DNA of 64,000 nucleotides from the IMG/VR virus record IMGVR_UViG_3300030107_005430, positions 32,001 through 96,000 of that record. One strand, written 5' to 3'. Shown here piece after piece: positions 29,141 through 38,282 of the stretch (its first letter is position 1; the number at the start of each line of letters is the position of its first letter). The position numbers and the translations under genes were made by a program. Origin of the DNA: a virus. The notes beneath the pieces are model-generated. The model was not told the origin of the DNA, did not search any database, and saw only the letters and a program-made list of their open reading frames with translations.

Positions 29141-29841
29141 AGGGAATAATCTTCATTCCCACCATTAAGTAAATCTACCCAAAATTTATCTTCTTTATTT
29201 ACTCTATCATCTATCCAGTTTTTGGAATGGATAATTTTCTTTTTCTTTCCAATAAACCCTGCACATATACAATATGTAGACGGACTAGAGATGATATAAT
29301 CACATTCACTTATGGTAGAAAAATCTTGAATGTAATTCGTTCTGTCTGGTGTATTCATACCGAATTTAATATTCTTTGATCTTTTCTCTAAACATTCTAC
29401 CACGGATTGGTATGATTTCAAATTTTTATCGTCAGTAAATATATAAAATGTTTCTGCGGTAACTTCATCTATTGCGTTCAAATAATACTCTTCATCTAAA
29501 ACCGCATCAGCATTCCATTGAAAAAAATCAGTTCCTCGAAAATGAATAGCAACTGAATTTTCCTCTACCTTTGGTTTTGTTTTCAATTCAAATATTGATC
29601 GTGTTGAAATAGAATTCCATTCAAAAAATTTCTCACCCAAGCAAAGACGTAATTCTTGATTCGCTATCTGAGAACCGTTTAGCATATCACCTTTGAAGAA
29701 TTGAAACCCATCCCAAGGAACACAAGACCACGTTTCCCCTTCTTTCTCTGCTAGTTGTCGTAGATTGTTGTAATATAAAATTCTATTACCGAATCCACCA
29801 CTCGTCATATTATTGATTGAAATCACGGATTTGTCTCCCAA
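29125..29841 (-). CDS. GT11 glycosyltransferase (paralogue of 18613..19455)
   Basis: GGFGN, AIHFRGTD, YY.NAI, DFSTISECD, STY; shares the C-terminal KKIIHS..W...FW.DL..GGNE.Y..WR. Confidence 0.85.
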   Translation of the reverse strand: MGDKSVISINNMTSGGFGNRILYYNNLRQLAEKEGETWSCVPWDGFQFFKGDMLNGSQIANQELRLCLGEKFFEWNSISTRSIFELKTKPKVEENSVAIHFRGTDFFQWNADAVLDEEYYLNAIDEVTAETFYIFTDDKNLKSYQSVVECLEKRSKNIKFGMNTPDRTNYIQDFSTISECDYIISSPSTYCICAGFIGKKKKIIHSKNWIDDRVNKEDKFWVDLLNGGNEDYSLWRLI

Positions 29842-30521
29842 CCTTTATCAATCCAATAATCATAAAGAGACCATCGAAAGTCATCGTGGTTTGATTTTCT
29901 CCATGTTGCATGTTCATCTGAACCAAGATATGTTAAAGTGTCTCCCCAAACTTCAGGTCTGTCCATCGGTTGAGATGGGAAATAAGAATCTATATTTCCA
30001 TGTATTTTGCAAGAGGCACAGAAATGAATATCTTCACCATTGTCATATGTGGGAGGATTTTCTTTCCACATATAATGAATCCACTCTGTCTTAAAGAACC
30101 AACAATGTCCAACTATATCACATTTAATATGCTCTGTGTTTCCGTCACCGCAGCCATATCCTGTTCGATTGTAATTTCTACAATTACCTCCTACAATGCA
30201 ATTTTTCTCATCGCATAAATTCTTACAGTGTTCCAACCATTTTGGATTTGGAATTGTGTCGTCATCAAAAATAACAGTATATTCAGTATCGAATAGTAAA
30301 GGTAGAGTGAATCTTCCGTGGAATTTAAAATTAACATCCTTAGAATGAATATGATTGAATTTATATTTTTCTTTTAGGTATTCAATATCAACATGAGATT
30401 CATTTTGATAGACATAGATTTCATTTATATTTGCAGTTTGTTGTTGAATAGCCTTTAATTGTAATTCTAAATTATTTCTTTTCCAAACTGTTAGTATCAC
30501 ATTTATCATTTCATACTCCAA
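29823..30521 (-). CDS. GT2/GT-A glycosyltransferase
   Basis: VILTVWKR, IFDDDTIP, DIVGH.W, GEDI. Confidence 0.8.
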   Translation of the reverse strand: MEYEMINVILTVWKRNNLELQLKAIQQQTANINEIYVYQNESHVDIEYLKEKYKFNHIHSKDVNFKFHGRFTLPLLFDTEYTVIFDDDTIPNPKWLEHCKNLCDEKNCIVGGNCRNYNRTGYGCGDGNTEHIKCDIVGHCWFFKTEWIHYMWKENPPTYDNGEDIHFCASCKIHGNIDSYFPSQPMDRPEVWGDTLTYLGSDEHATWRKSNHDDFRWSLYDYWIDKGWETNP

Positions 30522-31338
30522 TATTATTCTTTTCTAATATTTCCATAGTGGTATTAAACGAACCCTCAATGGAAGAATTCTTTTCAAACCAACGAATGCA
30601 ATTATTCGACAAAGTTTCCCAGTCTTCTTTGGAACAATTGTTGACAAGTTCGATTGCTTCCTCTGGTGAATTCGCTTTCAGATAATGGACGTTCTCTTCA
30701 ATTTGATTGTAGTGAGCAACAGAACACCCCGGAGTTATTATAGGAACAACTCCGAGTCCCATATACTCAATATCTCTTAAACATTTAGGTCCAACACCCG
30801 GTAAGCAAAGTCCGAATTTCATTTTAGATAATACTTTTAAATATTCAGCAGGTGAATATGCATCTCCGCCCGTAGTTAATATAAAAAAGTCACAACACTG
30901 TTTCCAATTTAAAGTTCTCATTGGAGTTGTCTTGCTCCCAACAAAACCCAATAAAACTTCTCTATCATCGTATGAAAGTCTGTTACTTATTTTAAAGTCT
31001 TCGTATAGTTTCGAATGTTTGGGCCAGAAAGACCAAGGACTTGATCTTTCCCCTTCTAGAATACTGTTTGCCCATAGAGAAAACTTCCAATTCTGATCTG
31101 GAGGTATTCTATCCAACAAAGCAAAATCATATAACATGATGTTACCAACTTCACCTATCCAACATTTTGCTTCTGGTAAATTTAGCACATCTGTATTAAA
31201 ATTGTAAGTGGGAACCGGACAAGGTTTCACTTCACAAAAACCCCTCTCTTCCCAAGCATCAACCAAACCACGAAACGAATCAGTGTTGTGTTCACAGAAA
31301 TATGGTTTTAATATAGTAATCTTATTTGGAATTTTCAT
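30511..31338 (-). CDS. Exostosin (GT47)-like glycosyltransferase
   Basis: GFVG, EY...L...KFGLCLPGVG...RDIE....GVVPI. Confidence 0.65.
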   Translation of the reverse strand: MKIPNKITILKPYFCEHNTDSFRGLVDAWEERGFCEVKPCPVPTYNFNTDVLNLPEAKCWIGEVGNIMLYDFALLDRIPPDQNWKFSLWANSILEGERSSPWSFWPKHSKLYEDFKISNRLSYDDREVLLGFVGSKTTPMRTLNWKQCCDFFILTTGGDAYSPAEYLKVLSKMKFGLCLPGVGPKCLRDIEYMGLGVVPIITPGCSVAHYNQIEENVHYLKANSPEEAIELVNNCSKEDWETLSNNCIRWFEKNSSIEGSFNTTMEILEKNNIGV

Positions 31339-32110
31339 ATTCTTTAGTATCCACTCCGCTCAAAACTAAATTAACTAACTTATCAATTTCATCTTTATGA
31401 TCCTGATATGGTCGAAGAGAATGTGAATCGTAATAATAATCATTCGGAACCAATGCTTCGTCGTATCCCCAATTAGGTCTATCTATTCTAAATCCATTCT
31501 GTCCACCATTACGTTTAATTAACACCACATCACCTACAGTGTGCATTCTTTCTATAACTTTTTTGCTTCCCCAATATTCATCTGCAAACCAATGATTTTT
31601 TCCTGCAAGATGTCCACCGGGATCATTACCCATATTCAATCCGAATAAAAATTTTATAGAGTCTTCCCAATTATCATGTAGATCTAAAACTTCTTTGTAT
31701 TTGGAACCCTTTGCTATGTGATAGCAACTTGGTATTATTCCATATGTCTCTATACAGGGATTAATATGAACGTAAGAATTATCATCTATATCAGCAATAG
31801 TATCTACAAAGTATTTCTTGGATAATGGTAACATATCAATATCACTTATGATGTTTACTGAATCTGGTTTCTGTGAAGTGTACCAATACCTCACCCATAG
31901 ATTTTGTAAATATAAAGGTATACCTTCTATGGGTTTCATTTTTACAACTTCCCCATAAGTATCATCTATGTTTATACTATGATCTTCGTCTATGTAAATT
32001 AACAATGGAGTTACATTGAATTTTAATTTCCATATTTTACTTACTATAGGCCAAAAATCCAAATACATTGGATTTGAATCGGAACTGTGTATTGCATAAT
32101 CTATTTTCAT
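31322..32110 (-). CDS. Putative GT-A glycosyltransferase
   Basis: SDIDMLP DxD motif, W..DE, terminal H..RP; island context. Confidence 0.55.
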   Translation of the reverse strand: MKIDYAIHSSDSNPMYLDFWPIVSKIWKLKFNVTPLLIYIDEDHSINIDDTYGEVVKMKPIEGIPLYLQNLWVRYWYTSQKPDSVNIISDIDMLPLSKKYFVDTIADIDDNSYVHINPCIETYGIIPSCYHIAKGSKYKEVLDLHDNWEDSIKFLFGLNMGNDPGGHLAGKNHWFADEYWGSKKVIERMHTVGDVVLIKRNGGQNGFRIDRPNWGYDEALVPNDYYYDSHSLRPYQDHKDEIDKLVNLVLSGVDTKEYENSK

Positions 32111-32790
32111 TCTGATGGGTCCTTTTCTATTTCTTCGCTTGGATCAAGAAACGCATATCCAACATGTTGTCTTGGTCTGGGACTCGTTGGGAATGGAACT
32201 GTATTTTGTTTATCGGTATGTCTTAGCCAATCATCGTGGGCTAATACATCCTTTGCATGTATACCCGGACTACACAACATACTTAAAAAGTCTTGATCTT
32301 CCCATGTATAGCCGCTTACATGCCAATAATCTCTTCGCAACGCTCCCGATTGAGTTAACCATTCTGTCAAAGAAAATTTCTTCTTCTTTGGTTTACATCC
32401 CCACATTCCAGTTTGAAACAGCATATTATGTGCATCATGATCTCTCATAGAATGAAGGGTTTCTTCACTTTCTAACCATTCGTTTACTGCTTCTCTTTCT
32501 CTGAAGGTTAAACAAGAATCTGCATCACGAACAATGACAGCATCATAATTTTCATCATCAACTGCTAGACATCTCCAAATGACTCCATGAAATTCACTTT
32601 CAGTCATATCTATCGTTTCACAACCTTGATCTTTGAGAATATCGACTGTCTCTTCTGGGACTGTTTTATCGTAATAAAACCGAACGTCCCATCCGGGATA
32701 ATACTTATCTGCAAGAGGTTTGTTCTTGATACAATTTTTGGTGTATCTCGGATCATCTCCATATAAACTAAATGAAATTAATCCCTTCAT
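32107..32790 (-). CDS. Putative glycosyltransferase, tandem paralogue B
   Basis: ISFSLYG, YPGW..RFY, WR.L, VRDADS, HSMRD, GMWG, DQ.FL. Confidence 0.65.
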   Translation of the reverse strand: MKGLISFSLYGDDPRYTKNCIKNKPLADKYYPGWDVRFYYDKTVPEETVDILKDQGCETIDMTESEFHGVIWRCLAVDDENYDAVIVRDADSCLTFREREAVNEWLESEETLHSMRDHDAHNMLFQTGMWGCKPKKKKFSLTEWLTQSGALRRDYWHVSGYTWEDQDFLSMLCSPGIHAKDVLAHDDWLRHTDKQNTVPFPTSPRPRQHVGYAFLDPSEEIEKDPSE

Positions 32791-33476
32791 TCCGATGGAT
32801 CCCTATCTGATTGTTCGTTTGGATCTAAAAACGCATATCCAACATGTTGCCTAGGTCTAGGATTTGTTGGAAACGGAAGAGTTCTCTGTCTATCTGTGTG
32901 TCTCAACCAATCATCGTGTGCAAGTACATCATTGATATGTGAATCTTCGCTCGATAAAAGTATACCTAAAAATAACTGATCTTCCCAAGTGACTCCACTA
33001 ACATGTTCATATTTTCCTTTCTTTAGTGGTTCTGCTATACCCAACCACTCTTCCATAGAAAATTTTCTCTTCTTTGGTTTACATCCCCACATTCCAGTTT
33101 GAAACAGCATAGTGTGTTGTTCTGCATCTCTCATAGAATGTAAAGTCTCCTCATTATTCAACCATTCCTTTACCGCTTGTGATTCTCTATAGTTCAGGCG
33201 GGAATCTACATCACGAACAATGACAGCATCATAATTTTCATCATCAACTGCGAGACATCTCCAAAGAACACCATGAATATCACTCTCTGTCATATCAACT
33301 AATTCACATTTCTGTTCTTGTAATATAGATAAAGTCTGAGAAGGAACTGTGTCATCATGATAAAATCTAAGAACCCAACCCGGATAATACTTATCTGCTA
33401 AAGGTTTGTTCTTTATGCAATTTTCTGTGTATCTCGGATCATCTCCATATAAACTAAATGAGATCAATCCTCTCAT
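32787..33476 (-). CDS. Putative glycosyltransferase, tandem paralogue A
   Basis: Same motifs as 32107..32790 with long identical stretches. Confidence 0.65.
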   Translation of the reverse strand: MRGLISFSLYGDDPRYTENCIKNKPLADKYYPGWVLRFYHDDTVPSQTLSILQEQKCELVDMTESDIHGVLWRCLAVDDENYDAVIVRDVDSRLNYRESQAVKEWLNNEETLHSMRDAEQHTMLFQTGMWGCKPKKRKFSMEEWLGIAEPLKKGKYEHVSGVTWEDQLFLGILLSSEDSHINDVLAHDDWLRHTDRQRTLPFPTNPRPRQHVGYAFLDPNEQSDRDPSE

Positions 33477-34909
33477 TGTTCTTTTACCTCATTAATATAA
33501 TGACATATCAATTCCCAAAGAATATCATCTGAAAGTTTCATTGTTCGTACTCTTTCAAAATTATCTTTAATCGCTTCCATTTTACTTTCATATAGTTCTC
33601 CAGTCAAGTCATTAATATCAAAAGATTCATCAAGAAGAATTATACCATCTGTATTGAAATAGTCTCCAATGTTTGGACATCCCCAGTAAACTGGTATTGT
33701 TCCATTTACGAAACAGTCCGTTATTTTTTCAGTGAAGTAATGTCTATATGAAGCATTTTCAATTGTTATTGAAAATCTATAATCTTTTAATGCTTCGCTC
33801 TTTGGTGGATGAGAAGCAGAAGCGTATCCAGCAGTTCCTATTTTAGAAGATCCACCAACACCTCCATAAACATCAATTTCATTCTTAAGTTTCTCTGCCC
33901 ATTGATGTCTCAACCTATGTCCATTCGTCATCAACTTTGGAGACGCCAATAAAGAACACATTTTAGTTTTTTCATGTATACCATAATCCTCTGCTGGTGT
34001 CCAAGGAAGATTGCTTCCAGATAATGCAAATCGGAATCTAGGATCTAGTCCTAATAAATCCTCATCGCATGTGAAGATTGCATCAAAGTGTTGGAAATAT
34101 TTTTCATAATCAACACGCAATGATTGGTATATTTCTTTGACTATCTCTTTGGATTCACACAACCAACCAAATCTATGAGTTCCATCTTTTCTTTCGTGTA
34201 AAGGACCTCCACGCATACCATTGTCAATGAAAACTTCAATGTCAGAATATCCTTCTGTCCAATGAAAGAAACGAGGTTTCAGTTTACCAGATGATGATCC
34301 ATCTTGTAAACTAAATGGTGGATAAAATACTTTAATCTTATTGCACTCATTTTCTCCATAACTTAAACCTATACTCACCTTTGTTACATCATTTTCGACT
34401 GCACACATTGAGGGGGGGAATAAAGTAAATGATGCATTTGGTTTATTTTCCTTTGCAGAAAGAATTAATTGTTCATGATCACCCAAAGTATATTTTCCAG
34501 ATATGGCATCTTTTATTTTACTTTCACACCGATCAATCCATGATTGTAGAAATTCTTTACTCTTATCAGAGGTATCAAAATACAACAAAGCACTATGTGG
34601 GGTTTTTAAATCATGTTCTCGTATAACACAACCCACATCTGTTTCTACTTCATCAAACTCTATTGGTATTTCATTAATAGTGCAATCAATATCAATCCAC
34701 AAAAGGGGTTCATCTAATTCATTTAGCATATCAAGAATGAATTGAGGTTTTCCTAAACAATTTAACATATAATGTTCTTTGCTTGGAATTTCTCTTATAT
34801 CATAAATAGCACCCAACTCATCTAGTCGGGTTTTAATCTTTTCTGCACAAGAAGAATAATATTTTCCACCGTCACGATCACAATAAAAACTAATGAACTT
34901 TGTTTTCAT
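33473..34909 (-). CDS. Bifunctional glycosyltransferase: GT-A domain + GT10 (alpha-1,3-fucosyltransferase-like) domain
   Basis: N-terminal KPQFIL...LLWIDID; C-terminal YRFSITIEN...YFTEKI.DCF..GTIPVYWG. Confidence 0.85.
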   Translation of the reverse strand: MKTKFISFYCDRDGGKYYSSCAEKIKTRLDELGAIYDIREIPSKEHYMLNCLGKPQFILDMLNELDEPLLWIDIDCTINEIPIEFDEVETDVGCVIREHDLKTPHSALLYFDTSDKSKEFLQSWIDRCESKIKDAISGKYTLGDHEQLILSAKENKPNASFTLFPPSMCAVENDVTKVSIGLSYGENECNKIKVFYPPFSLQDGSSSGKLKPRFFHWTEGYSDIEVFIDNGMRGGPLHERKDGTHRFGWLCESKEIVKEIYQSLRVDYEKYFQHFDAIFTCDEDLLGLDPRFRFALSGSNLPWTPAEDYGIHEKTKMCSLLASPKLMTNGHRLRHQWAEKLKNEIDVYGGVGGSSKIGTAGYASASHPPKSEALKDYRFSITIENASYRHYFTEKITDCFVNGTIPVYWGCPNIGDYFNTDGIILLDESFDINDLTGELYESKMEAIKDNFERVRTMKLSDDILWELICHYINEVKEQ

Positions 34910-35546
34910 AATTATTTCCCGGAGACTGCCATTCGATTTTATCTTCCGACAGTCCCATCTTTCTTAGGTTTTCTTTTTTGGATTCTGCATCTGCAAGTCC
35001 CATTGTAATGATTGTATTTTCGTTCGTGTGTCCCGGCCAGATGCAATATTCCGGTCCGACGAAACCTACATTTATAAGATTTAAATAACCAGCAACCACA
35101 CCAAATAGTGGTTCGTGATCAAAATCATTTGTATTTTCTTTTTTGATTTTTTTTGTGGTTTCAATCCATGTGTTTAAAAACTTTCTAGCATTATCATTAT
35201 TGTTAAAATAAATTGGAGATGCTTTCATTCCAGATAGCATACCATTTGCAGTTGATAACACTACATCGGATTTATCTTCAAATTCATCAAATGCATCTAA
35301 TGATTTATGAACCAATGAATCAACATCCAACCATAAAATTGGCTGTTGCTTTTCATCTAAAATATCTAAAATATACTGTGGTTTACTTAAACAGTTATCT
35401 TGGTATGATCCCAATGACTTTTTTTCTTGTATGTCGTAAGGCATATCAAGAGACGTACATCTCTCAATTAATCTATTCCCATGATCGCTGTAATATGTTT
35501 TATCTTCTATATCACTATAGAAACTCACAATTAATGTTTTCATCAT
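34890..35546 (-). CDS. GT-A glycosyltransferase, paralogue of the N-terminal domain of 33473..34909
   Basis: SFY.D...YYS, NCL.KPQ.IL, LWLDVD, FL..WI, DHE. Confidence 0.7.
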   Translation of the reverse strand: MMKTLIVSFYSDIEDKTYYSDHGNRLIERCTSLDMPYDIQEKKSLGSYQDNCLSKPQYILDILDEKQQPILWLDVDSLVHKSLDAFDEFEDKSDVVLSTANGMLSGMKASPIYFNNNDNARKFLNTWIETTKKIKKENTNDFDHEPLFGVVAGYLNLINVGFVGPEYCIWPGHTNENTIITMGLADAESKKENLRKMGLSEDKIEWQSPGNNYENKVH

Positions 35547-35552
35547 TTAATC

Positions 35553-36200
35553 CTAAATAATATGTTTATATAAATCGCTCAAAACATACCAATCTTCCCA
35601 ATGAACTTGAACAAATTTTTCATATCCTTTTGATTGTAGGAAATTTTGAATTTCTTCTTTTTGGATTTCATTATCATTATGTTCTATAGTAAAAGCACCA
35701 ATAGTGAAAGATGAAAAATCAATCCCCTTCAATACTTCAAGTTCTGAACCTTCCGTGTCAATAGAAATATATTCAATGAAAAGAGGTGCGTTATTTTCTC
35801 TCAAAACTTGATCAAGTGTTACTGTAGTCAGAGTGATAGTCTTTTCATAATCAACATTACCATCTCCATTAGGATAATCTTTTTTCTCTGTGTACATTTC
35901 AATACCACTATAGCAAGACTGAACTAGAAAGGAAACTTCTTCTCCGCTCTTTGACGAAATACAAGAATCCAAAACAATACAATCTCTATTTTTCCTTAAC
36001 TCTTCGGTATCATTTGGATTTGCATCAATACAAATACCACCCCAATCATATCCTTTTTCTAAAAGATAAGTATTACTCAGATTTGTTCCGGTAGTTGAAC
36101 CAACCTCAACGAAATATCCTTCTCTCTTTTCTCCGTACAAAAGAAGAATCCATATATCTTGATTTAGTTGACTCTTTTTAAATCTTGTATCTATTTTCAT
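35553..36200 (-). CDS. FkbM-family methyltransferase
   Basis: SQ..QD, FVEVG, SNTY.LE, SIDTEGSE, IEHN. Confidence 0.9.
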   Translation of the reverse strand: MKIDTRFKKSQLNQDIWILLLYGEKREGYFVEVGSTTGTNLSNTYLLEKGYDWGGICIDANPNDTEELRKNRDCIVLDSCISSKSGEEVSFLVQSCYSGIEMYTEKKDYPNGDGNVDYEKTITLTTVTLDQVLRENNAPLFIEYISIDTEGSELEVLKGIDFSSFTIGAFTIEHNDNEIQKEEIQNFLQSKGYEKFVQVHWEDWYVLSDLYKHII

Positions 36201-36215
36201 AATATAAAATATTCT

Positions 36216-36626
36216 CTAATTTCTTTTTCCAATATGGTATTTGGGAATCAATTCCCAATCATTCTTTTCCTTGTGCGGGATTATCTTTAATTTTGCCACA
36301 CTTGCTTGAGGTTCTGCATACTCTTCTGGATCTGGAACCGTAAGAAGTCCCCACTCCACAAGCAGTTTAACTATGGTATTTCTCCTAGCAATATCACCAT
36401 CAGACAACGTACTTTCAAGTCCATCTAAAATAAACAATTCTTTAAAATGCATAATAGCATATCTTCCACGCTTGTGTAAGATATGGCAGGATTGATATAA
36501 TTTCTTTTCTTGTCGTGACGAAACCCCAATTCGAGTCAATGTTTCACGAACTTTCAAAAAATCATCATCATCCTTCAACTCGATTTCTACACCGAGTCCA
36601 TCAAAAATATCTTCAATTTCTTCCAT
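36216..36626 (-). CDS. regA: Translational repressor RegA
   Basis: DDFLKVRETLTRIG, LYQSCHILHKRGRY.I.HFKELF, RRNTI. Confidence 0.97.
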   Translation of the reverse strand: MEEIEDIFDGLGVEIELKDDDDFLKVRETLTRIGVSSRQEKKLYQSCHILHKRGRYAIMHFKELFILDGLESTLSDGDIARRNTIVKLLVEWGLLTVPDPEEYAEPQASVAKLKIIPHKEKNDWELIPKYHIGKRN

Positions 36627-36662
36627 TTATAAATTCCTTCAAATGTCCATTATTAACATCAA

Positions 36663-36670
36663 TATTTAGG
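36663..36670 (-). promoter_or_regulatory. Late-promoter variant CCTAAATA upstream of regA and the glycan island
   Basis: In the gp62-regA gap; CTAAATA is a known variant of the T4 TATAAATA box. Confidence 0.55.
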
Positions 36671-36675
36671 AGTTG

Positions 36676-37062
36676 TTACTTTTTGCCACCTTTAAACATT
36701 GATTCACGCATATCTTCGATGTTGGAATCTGAAATGAGATCTTCTACTTCTTTTGCTTTTTGATTTGAATAACCAAAATACTCTTTGATTGTGTCAATTT
36801 TTTCCGACTCTTCTTGTTTAAGCCATTTACTAAATCTCTTTCTCTTCCTTATCGAAGCAAGATAATAATCATATTGCATCTTCTTATCTATATGACAATT
36901 CTCATTGATGATATTAGAATGAATAATTGTATCGGGAAAATAAGAAAGACACCTATTCACCACAAAGGGTGTATATTGCTTCTCTACTAATTCATCCTCT
37001 GTGTCTAGAAGATTTTCCTTAGTGTAATTAATAGAATTTAAATAATCAGTTAGTTTCATCAC
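36676..37062 (-). CDS. gp62: Clamp loader small subunit gp62
   Basis: Y.PFVVNRCLS.F.D, KRKRFSKW.K, YFGYS..KA. Confidence 0.93.
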   Translation of the reverse strand: MMKLTDYLNSINYTKENLLDTEDELVEKQYTPFVVNRCLSYFPDTIIHSNIINENCHIDKKMQYDYYLASIRKRKRFSKWLKQEESEKIDTIKEYFGYSNQKAKEVEDLISDSNIEDMRESMFKGGKK

Positions 37063-37342
37063 GATCTACCACTAGAATATTATCAGCAGTCACCATGTCA
37101 AGTGTTATATCATCAGTTTTATAATATGCTCCCTGATTGGATCCCAACTTCCAATATACCATATCTCCCGGAATAATATCTTCCTTTACTTCATTTCCTA
37201 CTGAATGGACTCTACTCCAAACATGCATTCCGGGAGAAAGTTGATTATCTGTATAAATGATACCTGCTTCTGATTCTTTTTCTTCTTTGATTGTTGTTTC
37301 AACAGCAACCCAGTTACCAATTGGTTTAAATTTTTCTGTCAT
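37046..37342 (-). CDS. groES: GroES/Cpn10-like co-chaperonin
   Basis: FKPIGNWVAVE...E..GII mobile loop, VHSVG...PGD.V, NILVV; 98 aa. Confidence 0.75.
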   Translation of the reverse strand: MTEKFKPIGNWVAVETTIKEEKESEAGIIYTDNQLSPGMHVWSRVHSVGNEVKEDIIPGDMVYWKLGSNQGAYYKTDDITLDMVTADNILVVDRDETN

Positions 37343-38274
37343 TTGAATTCACATCCCATCATAAGTTCGACGATACACGCCACTAAATTAATTTCCTGAT
37401 CTGCAACAAACGCAGACTTATATTGATACTCAGCAATAATCAAAACCGCTTGAGGAATTGAGGAAGGTGTTAGATTCTCGTAAAAGGAATCATACATCTT
37501 TCTCATCAAATCACTTGGTGCATTGTCTAGATTTTCCACCACCCATTTTCTAGCGGAAGTGAAATCTTTATTTTTCATAAACTCAACTAAGTCCTTTACC
37601 TGAACATTTCCAACATCAGATAAAATTCCAATATCAATAGTTCCTGCAACCGAATATCTCTGAACTTCATTGATCACTCTTCTGAAGTCCGGGAAGTGCT
37701 TCATAATCAATTGTGCAAGCACTTTTTCTTCGTATGGGATACTCTCCTCATTCAAAATGAACTTGAGTCTCTCCATAAAGTTTGCAGCAAGTTTTGGTTT
37801 CTCGCTGTTGGGAATATTGAAACTTATATTCGTACATCGAGAATGAATAGGCTCAATGATTCGATTCTTAAAATTACAAGTTAAAATAAACCTACAGTTA
37901 TTTGAAAACTCCTCAATGAATCCACGAAGAGCAGGCTGCATACTCTGAGCGTTTGAATAATCAAACTCATCGAGAATTACAATTTTCTTACCACCAGAGA
38001 TTGAGACTGTACTTGCGAAATTACGAATCTTTGTTCGTAGTGTGTCAATGTTTCCATCTTCTGAACAGTTGATCATAATATAATCAGAATTTAATTCGTT
38101 GCAAAGTGCCTTTGCAATCGTGGTTTTACCACAACCTGCACTTCCCGAGAGAAGCAAGTTTTGAGATTCTCCAGAACTCACGATGTCCGAAAATGATTTC
38201 TTAATTGACTCTGGTAATATACAATCTTCTATCGTTGATGGACGATACTTTTCTACCCACAGGTAATTTTCCAT
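37339..38274 (-). CDS. gp44: Clamp loader AAA+ subunit gp44
   Basis: LWVEKYRP, GSAGCGKTT, ILDEFD, SRC. Confidence 0.97.
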   Translation of the reverse strand: MENYLWVEKYRPSTIEDCILPESIKKSFSDIVSSGESQNLLLSGSAGCGKTTIAKALCNELNSDYIMINCSEDGNIDTLRTKIRNFASTVSISGGKKIVILDEFDYSNAQSMQPALRGFIEEFSNNCRFILTCNFKNRIIEPIHSRCTNISFNIPNSEKPKLAANFMERLKFILNEESIPYEEKVLAQLIMKHFPDFRRVINEVQRYSVAGTIDIGILSDVGNVQVKDLVEFMKNKDFTSARKWVVENLDNAPSDLMRKMYDSFYENLTPSSIPQAVLIIAEYQYKSAFVADQEINLVACIVELMMGCEFK

Positions 38275-38282
38275 GATTTAAT

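Noticed and set aside
10871-36200. Host O-antigen/capsule locus joined by chimeric assembly
   Set aside because: Seamless co-oriented junctions with regA and phage fibre genes, the same AGCT/CCWGG avoidance as core genes, and no flippase, polymerase or initiating transferase
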